DNA from: Promethearchaeia archaeon
Lineage (GTDB): Archaea; Asgardarchaeota; Lokiarchaeia; Sigyniarchaeales; SOKP01
Length of the DNA: 29,630 nucleotides
Reading direction: 5' to 3'
Assembly (NCBI GenBank): GCA_046497275.1
Contig: JAWOFX010000135.1
Location: forward strand, 1-29,630
Part shown: positions 1 to 9,192 of the stretch, piece by piece
Numbering within the stretch: position 1 is the first letter of the stretch
Layout of the letters: every line of letters starts with the position of its first letter
Made by a program: the position numbers and the translations under genes
Notes under the pieces: generated by a model
Database searches by the model: none
Seen by the model: the letters and a program-made list of their open reading frames with translations, nothing else
Told to the model about the DNA's origin: nothing

Positions 1-2
1 TA

Positions 3-1061
3 GAGATTGTTGATCTTCTTTATTCTGAAAATGAACTTGATTTTATAATAAAAGCATTTAAACGTAGAAGCTCTCAAACTATGGAACAGTTAAAAAATAC
101 AACAGGTATGAAAGAGGAAGAGATCTTAAGTTATGTTAACTCCCTAGCGGAAAAAGGTGCTTTATTCAATCAACCAAGCTCTAGTGGATTAATGGTTTAT
201 AGGTTACTCCCATTAATATTCGTTGGGATTTTTGAATATTGTTTTATGCAAAAAATAGAATATACCGAAAAAGAAAAGGAATTAGCTGTACTTTTTGAAA
301 AATTATTTGATGAAATTAGAGATGTCATTCAAGAAAGATATGATACATTTCTCCCCGTTTTTAGAAATATACCACCTATTGATCGAACGATTCCTGTAAA
401 AGAAAATGTATCTGGAAAAGAAATAACAATTAGTGTAAATGAAGAAATAGAGGCTCCACAGGAGAAAGTATTGTTAACTACAGATATCGAAAAATTAATT
501 GATAAATTTGATGACATTGCCGTAGGATATTGTTTTTGTAGACAACATCAGGATCTTTTAGGAAATCCATGCCAAATAACAGATATGAGAGAAAATTGTT
601 TTACTTTTGGTAAGTCTGCTCGTTTTGTCTCTGAAAATGGTTTTGGAAGGTTAATCTCTAAAGAAGAGGCATTGAAAATTTTAATAGATTCGGAAAACGA
701 AGGTTTGGTTCATAAAGCTTATCATCCTTTCGGTAAAAGAGATAGAGATGAAACTAGTGTGTGTAATTGTTGTAAAGATTGCTGTGGGACATTTAATTTA
801 TGGAAAAATGGAGTATTACCTATGATTAATTATACAAATTTTCTCTCGCAGATAGATCAAGAATTATGCGTTGGATGCGGAACTTGTGTCGAGAAATGTC
901 CAGTTGATGCAATTGAACTTAATGAGAGCGAGAAAGCGGAAAGAAATCCAGATTGGTGCATAGGTTGTGGAATATGCGCTCATTTCTGCCCAGAATCAGC
1001 TATATCCTTAACAGAAGGAGAACGTACTGTGTATGTTCCACCACCTAAAATAAGAGAATAA
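3..1061 (+). CDS. 4Fe-4S dicluster (ferredoxin-domain) protein, 5'-truncated by the window edge
   Basis: Two CxxCxxCxxxCP motifs (CVGCGTCVEKCP, CIGCGICAHFCP) plus CFCRQH and CNCCKDCC clusters. The frame is open upstream of ATG 81 back to position 3 (EIVDLLYSENELDF...), so the true start lies outside the window. Confidence 0.85.
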   Translation, partial: EIVDLLYSENELDFIIKAFKRRSSQTMEQLKNTTGMKEEEILSYVNSLAEKGALFNQPSSSGLMVYRLLPLIFVGIFEYCFMQKIEYTEKEKELAVLFEKLFDEIRDVIQERYDTFLPVFRNIPPIDRTIPVKENVSGKEITISVNEEIEAPQEKVLLTTDIEKLIDKFDDIAVGYCFCRQHQDLLGNPCQITDMRENCFTFGKSARFVSENGFGRLISKEEALKILIDSENEGLVHKAYHPFGKRDRDETSVCNCCKDCCGTFNLWKNGVLPMINYTNFLSQIDQELCVGCGTCVEKCPVDAIELNESEKAERNPDWCIGCGICAHFCPESAISLTEGERTVYVPPPKIRE

Positions 1062-1072
1062 CTCTTATTTTT

Positions 1073-1627
1073 TTATTCAAGTTTTTGTTTAAAGAGTGAA
1101 ATAGTATTTGATATTTCATTTAATTGAAGTGCAAATTCTTTTGGTTCTAATTTTCTTAATTTTTCCACATCATTAATAATCTGTTTTAATTCTCTTATCC
1201 AAATATCCATTAAAATTTCTTTTTCATTATCCCTAACACACATTTTCATTTCTTCTCGGAGAAGATCTTGAACTTTTTCTAATAATTTTTTCTCATTTAT
1301 ACTGTAAGAAATTTTTAGAATATCTTGTTGTGATTTAATTTCATCAATTTGAGTAATAAGAGAGTTTTTATTTTTTAAAAATTCTTCATTAAATTTTTTG
1401 ATCATATCCATTATAATCTCATCTTGAGTTTTTATTTGGGTTTCAATTTGTTCATTAGTTCGCTCTAGTTTTTCGTCCAGTGCACCGATGCGTTTATGAA
1501 TAGAATCAACGGTTTTTTTGTATTCAGCATCATTTAATTCCATCTGTTGTTTAAGATCATCAATCTTCACTTTTAGTTTGTCAAAATTGTTATATGTTAC
1601 ATAATCATCCTTATTCTTTTTTGGCAT
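1073..1627 (-). CDS. hypothetical coiled-coil protein
   Basis: 184-aa ORF rich in K/E/Q/L heptads. GGTGA lies 6 nt upstream of the ATG. It starts 2 nt after the GTPase stop. Confidence 0.75.
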   Translation of the reverse strand: MPKKNKDDYVTYNNFDKLKVKIDDLKQQMELNDAEYKKTVDSIHKRIGALDEKLERTNEQIETQIKTQDEIIMDMIKKFNEEFLKNKNSLITQIDEIKSQQDILKISYSINEKKLLEKVQDLLREEMKMCVRDNEKEILMDIWIRELKQIINDVEKLRKLEPKEFALQLNEISNTISLFKQKLE

Positions 1628-1629
1628 AT

Positions 1630-2634
1630 TTATTCACCTTTTAATTCTGGTTTTGGTTTTATCGATAAAGCGGACGTTTTTTCTTCATCTATACTGTCTA
1701 TATTTAATAAAGAATTTAGTTTTAACTCAAAATCTTCCTTTAAATAATCTAATTGGTTCACGGTTTTGTTAATATTTTTGATTAAGGAATTTATAGGGGT
1801 TGTTTTTAGGTTATTAATCAATTCCTCGATTATAATTATATTTTTTTGAAAAGATGCTCGTATTTGCTCCTTTATTATCTCTAAATCTTCAAATCGTTCA
1901 TGAACGAACTTTTTTTTCTCAAACTCTACTTCTTCTCTCTCAAGAGTTTTCTTTGAAACCTTCATAGGTGCCTTTCTCTGAATTTTTATATAACTTATCT
2001 CACCTAGATTGTTAAAAATGCTTTCTAATTCAGAGCTTTGTTTACTTAAATAATTTAAAAAATCTTGTGCCCCTATTGGTATTGTATTTTCAGATAATTC
2101 GTTAGTCATCTCCTTAAAATAACTATATATTGCAAATTCTAACAAAGTCTCTACGTCCGCATAGGATAGTGCCGAAATATAGACATTAGGGAACTGGTCT
2201 AATTTTTCATTTTCGAGCAAATCCTTTATTACCTGTTCATTATACTCTAAATCAATTTTATTTCCTATGATAAAGACTAAGCATTCACCTGTTTTTTGGA
2301 GAAGATTAGAAAGATAAATTTTTTTGAGAACAGAAATGGTTTTAGAAGGGTTTGAAACATCATATACTAAAAATGCAATATCAACATTACTAAAAAATAC
2401 GGGGTTAAGTGGATTAAAACTTCGCTGTCCTCCGATATCCCACAGGTTCACAGAAATCAAAAAATGAGAGTCTTCGAGTAAATATTCTTTTTTGTTAATT
2501 ATAGACCCAATCGTTGGGATATATCTTTGGGGAATCTCCTTATCAGTTATTGCATTTACTAATAACGTCTTTCCAACTCCACCATCTCCCAGTATTACAA
2601 CTTTTAAATTAATTTCATCAAGGATATCAGCCAT
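1630..2634 (-). CDS. Rab/Ras-like small GTPase with a long C-terminal coiled-coil extension
   Basis: G1 GDGGVGKT, G2 YIPTIG, G3 WDIGGQ, G4 NKID, G5 SAL. ATG at 2634 preferred over the track's TTG at 2652. Confidence 0.9.
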   Translation of the reverse strand: MADILDEINLKVVILGDGGVGKTLLVNAITDKEIPQRYIPTIGSIINKKEYLLEDSHFLISVNLWDIGGQRSFNPLNPVFFSNVDIAFLVYDVSNPSKTISVLKKIYLSNLLQKTGECLVFIIGNKIDLEYNEQVIKDLLENEKLDQFPNVYISALSYADVETLLEFAIYSYFKEMTNELSENTIPIGAQDFLNYLSKQSSELESIFNNLGEISYIKIQRKAPMKVSKKTLEREEVEFEKKKFVHERFEDLEIIKEQIRASFQKNIIIIEELINNLKTTPINSLIKNINKTVNQLDYLKEDFELKLNSLLNIDSIDEEKTSALSIKPKPELKGE

Positions 2635-2775
2635 TATTTTATCTAATCCCAACCGCTTAAATACAAATTTAATAATATTATCAAAATTTAGATTTAAAAT
2701 CTTTTGTACCTTTTAGTAAAAAAAATTAGATTTTATAAATAAAAGAATAAAAAAAAGGTATAAGATAAAAAAAAT

Positions 2776-3540
2776 TCATTTTGGTTTATTATTCAAATCC
2801 CAAATATTTTCTCCGTAACCACATCTGAAAAAACATACCTCTTCAAGATATCCAAGGTAATATAAAAGACTACTAAAATCAGATGGAGCACCCCAACTAT
2901 CTGTAGCAGAAATGCTTGCTAATGTTCCATAACCAAAAAAACCTATGTTAAAATAAGTGGTATTTAAATTTCTAAGATCATTTTTATCAACTCTAATTTC
3001 ATAAATACGATGATCTTTTTGAGAGTTTGGGGTTTTCTGGAATCCATATTCTAACATAACATTAGATGAGTTCAGAGTGGAATTAAATTGCTTGCCTCTA
3101 TAATTTAGGGTTTGATTAAAACTATCTGTTTTAGGAATATAATATAACATCTCTTCACCAGGAGAATTTATGGCTTCATTCCAAGAAATATCACTATAAT
3201 AACTTCTGCTATTATCTGTATCAAACCAGATTGAGATCCATTCATCTTCTAATTCTGGTGTAATATCGCTAACTAAATCAATTAAAATATAGAGATAATT
3301 CTCACTCAAATGAATATAAAAGTAATTATATGCATCAGAGGAATTTACATCAGTTAATAAATATTCCGCGAATTGCCAGTCTGCATATTGCCATCCATCA
3401 GAGTTTTGAAAATCCCCATCTATTGTAGGATTAAATGACCCGAAGTCTAATCTTGGAAAATTATAACCTACGAATCCGCCAGCAACACCTGCTATTAAAA
3501 ATATCGCGATAAGCGAACCAATTATTTTTTTATTTGCCAT
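2776..3540 (-). CDS. membrane-anchored/secreted protein with a DOMON-like/CBM9-like domain
   Basis: N-terminal basic + hydrophobic segment (MANKKIIGSLIAIFLIAGVAGG), then PTIDG...W, YLYILID and IWFDTDN patterns typical of DOMON-like sugar-binding domains. Confidence 0.6.
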   Translation of the reverse strand: MANKKIIGSLIAIFLIAGVAGGFVGYNFPRLDFGSFNPTIDGDFQNSDGWQYADWQFAEYLLTDVNSSDAYNYFYIHLSENYLYILIDLVSDITPELEDEWISIWFDTDNSRSYYSDISWNEAINSPGEEMLYYIPKTDSFNQTLNYRGKQFNSTLNSSNVMLEYGFQKTPNSQKDHRIYEIRVDKNDLRNLNTTYFNIGFFGYGTLASISATDSWGAPSDFSSLLYYLGYLEEVCFFRCGYGENIWDLNNKPK

Positions 3541-3755
3541 TTTATTTATTTACTCTTTTCTTTAAAATTTGTATAGTTTATAAGAAATGATCAAACTTTA
3601 AAGAGGATTTCTTTTTATTTATGAATTATGATACTATTTATAAAAGTTTTAATTTATAATTTATATCATAAAATCCTTCTCAAAACAAGAGAAATCTTTT
3701 TTTTCATTGAATATTTTCCTATCCATCAATATTAAAATATCGAGTGAATAATAAT

Positions 3756-4949
3756 ATGGGAGATAATGATATAGTTATATGTTATGCGAAGAGAACCGCT
3801 ATTGGAACGTTTGGAGGTTCTTTATTACCGTATAATGCCAGTAATTTGTTGAGTTTCTGCATTAAAGATTGTATAGAATCAACTGGGATCACCCCATCAG
3901 ACATCTCTGATGTAAAAGCAGGCTGCTGTATGGAACCTCAAGAAGAAATGAATGTAGCTCGTGTTGCTGCCCTTCTTGGAGGTATTCCGTATGAAGTGCC
4001 AGCAATGACAATAAATCGAGTTTGTACATCTGCAATGGAAGCAATAAGAGCTGGAATGGTTGATCTTTTGACAGGACATGCTGAGGTGATCTTAGCGGGC
4101 GGCACTGAAAGCATGAGTAATGTAAGTTATTATATCCCTTCAGCACGATGGGGGGCACGTTTGAGAAATAAAGAGATGAAATGTGGGGTTATGGAAGGGC
4201 TACATGCGGGAAGCAAAGTATTTGGTGATGGATATATTATGGGTATGACTGCTGAATACGTAGCTGAGAAATACAATATTACAAAAGAAGAACAAGATAA
4301 GGCTGCACTTGATTCGCACAATAATGCGGAAAATGCAACACAATCTGGAAGATTTAAAGATGAGATTATTCCAATCGAAGTCAAAACAAGGAAAAAGACT
4401 TATACATTTGATAAGGATGAACATTTTCGACCAGGCTTGACGATGGAAGATTTAAGTGCCTTGAGACCAGTTTTCAAAGAAGGAGGCAGTGTCACTGCCG
4501 GAAATTCTTCTGGTATTAATGATGGTGCTTGTATCACTTTAGTGATGAAACGAGCTAAAGCTGAAGAATTAGGATTAGACCCTCTTGTGAAGATTGTGAC
4601 CATTAGCAAAATTGGTAATGATCCGAAATTCATGGGGATGGGCCCGAGGTATAGTACTCCATTGGCACTTGAGCAAGCCAACATGAAATATGAAGATTTA
4701 GGACTCGTTGAATGTAATGAGGCGTTTGCAGCGCAGTATGTTGCTGTGGGAAAGGAATTAGGATGGGATTTTGAAAAGACTAACGTGAATGGCTCGGGAA
4801 TTGGTCTTGGACATCCAGTAGGATGTACTGGAGCTAGAATTATTGTGACACTCATTCATGAAATGAAGAAGCGGGATGTGTCCTATGGGCTTGCAACTCT
4901 ATGCGGTGGCGGTGGAGTCTCTGAGGCAACTATTATAGAGAATCTCTAA
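3756..4949 (+). CDS. acetyl-CoA C-acyltransferase (thiolase)
   Basis: NRVCTSA (catalytic Cys), NEAFA, GHPVG and CGGGG motifs. ATG 3756 preferred over GTG 3744. Confidence 0.95.
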   Translation: MGDNDIVICYAKRTAIGTFGGSLLPYNASNLLSFCIKDCIESTGITPSDISDVKAGCCMEPQEEMNVARVAALLGGIPYEVPAMTINRVCTSAMEAIRAGMVDLLTGHAEVILAGGTESMSNVSYYIPSARWGARLRNKEMKCGVMEGLHAGSKVFGDGYIMGMTAEYVAEKYNITKEEQDKAALDSHNNAENATQSGRFKDEIIPIEVKTRKKTYTFDKDEHFRPGLTMEDLSALRPVFKEGGSVTAGNSSGINDGACITLVMKRAKAEELGLDPLVKIVTISKIGNDPKFMGMGPRYSTPLALEQANMKYEDLGLVECNEAFAAQYVAVGKELGWDFEKTNVNGSGIGLGHPVGCTGARIIVTLIHEMKKRDVSYGLATLCGGGGVSEATIIENL

Positions 4950-5078
4950 ATCTTTTCAGATTTATACTACATTTATTAATATTTTTTTCTTATCTTTTTC
5001 TTAATATTTTTAAGATTTAAATAATAATTTTTCATTTTTGATATTCTTTAAAAATATAAAAAAATAAATAAATTTAGA

Positions 5079-6485
5079 TTATGTTCTTAAATCTGTATGA
5101 TTTTGTATTTTTTCCCTAATATTTCTCAATTTTTCACCATGCAAGCTATAAGATTTTAAAAAGAGAATCGCAATCATAAACGCGATTGCTGGAAATATAA
5201 ACATCAATGATTTTAATCCAAAAATAACCAATCCTAGATCATCAGGTACTGGAATAAATTCTTGTTCCCATCCCATAGTCCCAAACATTATCCATATCGT
5301 AAGAATCTGAAGTACTATACCTAATCTTTGAATTAACAAAAGAATACCATAGAAACTAGCTCCTCTTCTGACTCCATATTTAAGAGAATCTTCATCAATT
5401 ATATCAGAATGTATAAGATCTATGTAAAACATTGTCCCACCTAATGGAAAGCCTACTAGTGCTGTAGTAATAAAAAAAACTATCTTAAATTCCTCACCAG
5501 TTATTAGAAAATAAGGAAATAATATAGCAATTCCTACAGTTAAACTTAATAATAGACCGTTTCTACTGCCAATTTTTGATCCTATATATCTATGAATTGG
5601 CATAGAAATCGCAGCTACAATAAAAGCTGACATTAAACTTAGACTTACAAACAGAGTTCCCTTTGGAATGTTAAGAACGTATTCTGCATATATTGGTATA
5701 ACCATTGGAATTATAGAAAAAGTATACCAAATCATCGTATTGGCAATTACAAATTTTAGAAACGTTTTATTCTTTAATGTTTTCTTAAATGAATCAAATA
5801 AAGAAGGCCTTTTCGCAAAATCTTCTGAAGTTTCTTTTTTTTCTTTGATACCCCAAATGATAAAGGGTATAGCTGTTAAAATTATAATTATAGCTATAAT
5901 TATTCCGGTAGTTAAATATTCATTCTTAACTTGAGGGATTGCTAAATCGCTTTTTGGTACTAGATCTGATATTATTATTCCAGGTATTATTGAACTTAAA
6001 ATTAGAGCGATTACAAACATTATATTTCTATATATTTGAGTCGCACCACGTTCTTTCTCATTAGGGAACTGATCCGGAAATAGAGCATTCATATTAACAT
6101 TAAACATACTATAAAATAATTCAAAAAGTATGATAACTATAAGGAAATATAGAAATTTAGTGATTGATGTGTCAAATGGATTATAAAACAATAAAATCAT
6201 TATTATTGATAAAGGAAGAACAGAAATGATAATATAAAATCTCCTTTTTCCCAATTTTTTTTTATAGGTTGTCCTTTCTGATAAAGCCCCAAGCAATGGA
6301 TCATTTATCGAATTCCATATCGCCCATATGATATAGCCTGTAGCTAATAATGCGAATGGTAATCTTATAACAGTGAAATAAAATGTAAAAATTAAAAATT
6401 GAAAGATTTGATATGTTAACTGATCAGGAACAGCTGATATTCCAAATAAAAATCTTCTCTTTCTCCCAGTTGATTCTTTACTCAT
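5079..6485 (-). CDS. MFS transporter, glycoside-pentoside-hexuronide (MelB-like) family
   Basis: About 12 hydrophobic segments, with WNSINDPLLGALSERT...GKRR and DIIDED...RRG motifs. Confidence 0.9.
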   Translation of the reverse strand: MSKESTGRKRRFLFGISAVPDQLTYQIFQFLIFTFYFTVIRLPFALLATGYIIWAIWNSINDPLLGALSERTTYKKKLGKRRFYIIISVLPLSIIMILLFYNPFDTSITKFLYFLIVIILFELFYSMFNVNMNALFPDQFPNEKERGATQIYRNIMFVIALILSSIIPGIIISDLVPKSDLAIPQVKNEYLTTGIIIAIIIILTAIPFIIWGIKEKKETSEDFAKRPSLFDSFKKTLKNKTFLKFVIANTMIWYTFSIIPMVIPIYAEYVLNIPKGTLFVSLSLMSAFIVAAISMPIHRYIGSKIGSRNGLLLSLTVGIAILFPYFLITGEEFKIVFFITTALVGFPLGGTMFYIDLIHSDIIDEDSLKYGVRRGASFYGILLLIQRLGIVLQILTIWIMFGTMGWEQEFIPVPDDLGLVIFGLKSLMFIFPAIAFMIAILFLKSYSLHGEKLRNIREKIQNHTDLRT

Positions 6486-6553
6486 CTTCTTAGATTTAAA
6501 TTTTTTAATATTTAATTTTCTAATAAATAATTAATATCTATTAAATGAAATTC

Positions 6554-6595
6554 TATATAAATATTGTGATATTTATCACTACAATGTATTACTTT
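6554..6595 (-). promoter_or_regulatory. candidate MFS promoter: TATA box plus two upstream palindromic operator sites
   Basis: TTTATATA on the minus strand (6554-6561), perfect palindrome GTGATA-TT-TATCAC (6566-6579), and AATGTATTACTTT (6583-6595), one mismatch from the reverse complement of the 7261 palindrome. Confidence 0.5.
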
Positions 6596-6639
6596 TTTTA
6601 AATAGAAAAAATTAAAATTAAGAATTCGGATCTAAAATG

Positions 6640-7233
6640 TTATTCTAATTGATTCTGAGATATTTTGAATTGTAATCTTATAGTCGAACCTGATATTTTA
6701 CTTTCTTCTGGAATTATTTTATAGCTAAACTCTTTATTCATAACATACTCCAAAAATGTCTTAAAATATAAAGAGAATCCTTTACTGAGGGAATGAATTC
6801 CATATACAAGAATCTTGTCTTTCTTAATCTTTCGATAACTTATTTGATTAAACCAGTTTGCTTCATTTGGACCAATTCCATTTATTAAAGCAGTAAGCAT
6901 TGAATCAAGATCTTGTCTTGCTTCGATATCAATTAAATGAATATTAAATTCATTTATCCAAATTTCAGCTATATTTTTTGCCAAATTAATTATTTGTTCA
7001 TCATTTGCAAAATTAAATAAACCTCGTAGAAAATTGTCCCCTACTATGATAGAATTAGATTTTATAAGAATATTTTTAATATTAACCCATTTTTTAAATG
7101 AATCTCTTAAAAGCAAACTCTGAGATATGTTATTTTTATTAGAAATATCGTTTAATGTTTGATAAGTTTCTTCATCAAGACGCAGACTTATTATATGCTT
7201 TTTCTTATTAGGGTTTTTTTGATTACTCGTCAT
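6640..7233 (-). CDS. ribbon-helix-helix (CopG-like) transcription regulator with a C-terminal putative ligand-binding domain
   Basis: N-terminal IISLRLDEETYQTLNDISNKNNISQSLLLRDSF fits the RHH beta-alpha-alpha pattern. Confidence 0.75.
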   Translation of the reverse strand: MTSNQKNPNKKKHIISLRLDEETYQTLNDISNKNNISQSLLLRDSFKKWVNIKNILIKSNSIIVGDNFLRGLFNFANDEQIINLAKNIAEIWINEFNIHLIDIEARQDLDSMLTALINGIGPNEANWFNQISYRKIKKDKILVYGIHSLSKGFSLYFKTFLEYVMNKEFSYKIIPEESKISGSTIRLQFKISQNQLE

Positions 7234-7260
7234 TTTTCCTCAAAAAAGAATTGCTTAAAT

Positions 7261-7288
7261 AATGTAATACATTTTAATACAAAGTATT
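7261..7288. promoter_or_regulatory. candidate RHH operator
   Basis: Inverted repeat AATGTA-A-TACATT (7261-7273) followed by AATAC-AAA-GTATT (7276-7288), in the divergent RHH/sulfatase intergenic region. Confidence 0.5.
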
Positions 7289-7368
7289 TAATATATATTG
7301 TTTATCTTTGAATAAATAATTAAGTATAATTAAGATTTGGCAAAAAATGAATTTATATAGCAAAGAGC

Positions 7369-8910
7369 ATGATCTCAATGAGTGAAAAAATGAATGTTTT
7401 ATTCATCATGTCTGATCAGCATAGAGCTGATCATATGGGTTGTGCTGGAAACAAAATTGTAAAAACACCAAATTTGGATCGTTTAGCTAATGAAGGTGTT
7501 AGATTTACAAATGCATATTGCTCTAATCCAATGTGTATGCCTAATAGGGCTACTCTTTTGACGGGATATTATCCCAATGTTCATGGAGTTAGAAGTAATG
7601 GAATGATATTACCTGAAGATTCTCCAATGATCACTGAAACTCTTGTTAAAAGAGGATGGTATACAGTAGGGATAGGAAAATTTCATCATCAATTTGATAT
7701 GCCCTCATATAAAGGGAATTATAAAACTGCAGAAAGTTTTTATGATTGGGTTTTTCCTAATGATGAGGAATTTACTCCTACAAGGGAAAACTTTCCAATT
7801 CCATATTATAATTATCAAGAAGTTGAGATGGTTTTAGGACATGGAACAGCTTTGGCGGGTCATTATATGGACTGGTTGGAAGAGAAATCATCAACACATT
7901 ATAAATCAATGAAAAAACGATGGAAAGACCCAGATGCACTTTTCGGTCCTTTTGTTGACAGTGATTTAACAGTGGATCTATACCCTAATGCATATATAGT
8001 AGAAAAGACAATAAATTTTCTTGAAAGGCATGCAAAAGGTGAATGTGGAGATAAGCCATTTTATTTACACTGTTCTTTCCCAGATCCCCATCATCCTCTT
8101 CATCCACCTGGAAGATATAAAAATATGTACAAACCTGAAGATATTAAACTTCCTGAAAATTTTGATGATCTCGAAAATCTCTCTAATCATCCTTTTCTGA
8201 AAGATAATATCAATGTTATGCCTAATGCGATGTTAAGAGAAACAAATGAAAAGGAACTTCGAAAATTTATCGCTTATACATATGGAATTATCACATTACT
8301 CGACGATAGTATTGGTCAAGTTTTATCTGCGATAGAAAAATTAGGGTACTCTGAAAATACAATTGTGGTCTATACAAGCGATCATGGTGATTTTATGGGA
8401 GAACACGGAATGCTTTTTAAGGGGCCGGCTCCATTTAATGGAGTTCTTCAAGTTCCTATGATATGGAAGGTCCCTAAAATCACTAAATCGTCAATCACCG
8501 ACTCATTAATCAGTTCTGTCGATTATCCAAAGACAATTTTAAGTTTATTGGGAATTCCTGACAGAAAGCATCCCCCTGAGATGCAGGGCTATGATATGAC
8601 TCCTATTTTGAAGGATTCTAATAAAAAAATAAGAGACTGCTGTTTAATCGAACAAGATGAGGAGATAGGACCTAAAGGCCCTCTCTATTGTAGATTAAGA
8701 CATTTAATAACTGAGAGTCATAAATTAACTGTTTATGAAGGAATAAAAGGATATGGAGATATTTACGATAGAAAAAATGATCCCCATGAATTACATAATT
8801 TATGGTATGATGAAAATTTTGAAAAAAAGAGATTTGAATTATTAGAGAGATTAACTCAAGAATTACTCTGCACTCAAACTAGAAATCCAAAAAGAATTGC
8901 TCCAGATTAG
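7369..8910 (+). CDS. Cys-type (formylglycine-dependent) sulfatase, choline-/arylsulfatase-like
   Basis: SDQHR, CMPNRATLLTG (CxPxR signature), GKFH, PHHP and SDHG motifs. The start may be ATG 7378. Confidence 0.93.
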   Translation: MISMSEKMNVLFIMSDQHRADHMGCAGNKIVKTPNLDRLANEGVRFTNAYCSNPMCMPNRATLLTGYYPNVHGVRSNGMILPEDSPMITETLVKRGWYTVGIGKFHHQFDMPSYKGNYKTAESFYDWVFPNDEEFTPTRENFPIPYYNYQEVEMVLGHGTALAGHYMDWLEEKSSTHYKSMKKRWKDPDALFGPFVDSDLTVDLYPNAYIVEKTINFLERHAKGECGDKPFYLHCSFPDPHHPLHPPGRYKNMYKPEDIKLPENFDDLENLSNHPFLKDNINVMPNAMLRETNEKELRKFIAYTYGIITLLDDSIGQVLSAIEKLGYSENTIVVYTSDHGDFMGEHGMLFKGPAPFNGVLQVPMIWKVPKITKSSITDSLISSVDYPKTILSLLGIPDRKHPPEMQGYDMTPILKDSNKKIRDCCLIEQDEEIGPKGPLYCRLRHLITESHKLTVYEGIKGYGDIYDRKNDPHELHNLWYDENFEKKRFELLERLTQELLCTQTRNPKRIAPD

Positions 8911-9192
8911 TTAAACTTCATCTCTTGATAAAATAATATAAACTGAAATAATAACCAAAATACTTGTAAAGCAAAATTTATTTAAAAATTATATACTTTT
9001 TTTTTCGCATAAATAAGATCCTCTGAAAATTTCTAAATCTAAATTGGAGGATATTAGTTCATCCTTCTTTTTAGGAATAGAATGAAGATCTTATTGGTAA
9101 TCCAATGAAAAATAACAAAAAAGTTAAATTCTTTATAATAATTCTAAAAAGTAATTATAAAATAATTGATAATTCAAAATAAAGAGAGAATT

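Noticed and set aside
3756-4949. Thiolase looks more GC-rich than its surroundings (possible horizontal transfer)
   Set aside because: Gly/Ala-rich protein composition can explain it. It cannot be quantified or phylogenetically tested here.
9046-9072. GGAGGAT-N8-ATCCTTC hairpin followed by a T run after the sulfatase
   Set aside because: Only a 7-bp stem with a G-U pair, ~135 nt past the stop. Archaeal termination mostly uses U-tracts, so it is too weak to call.
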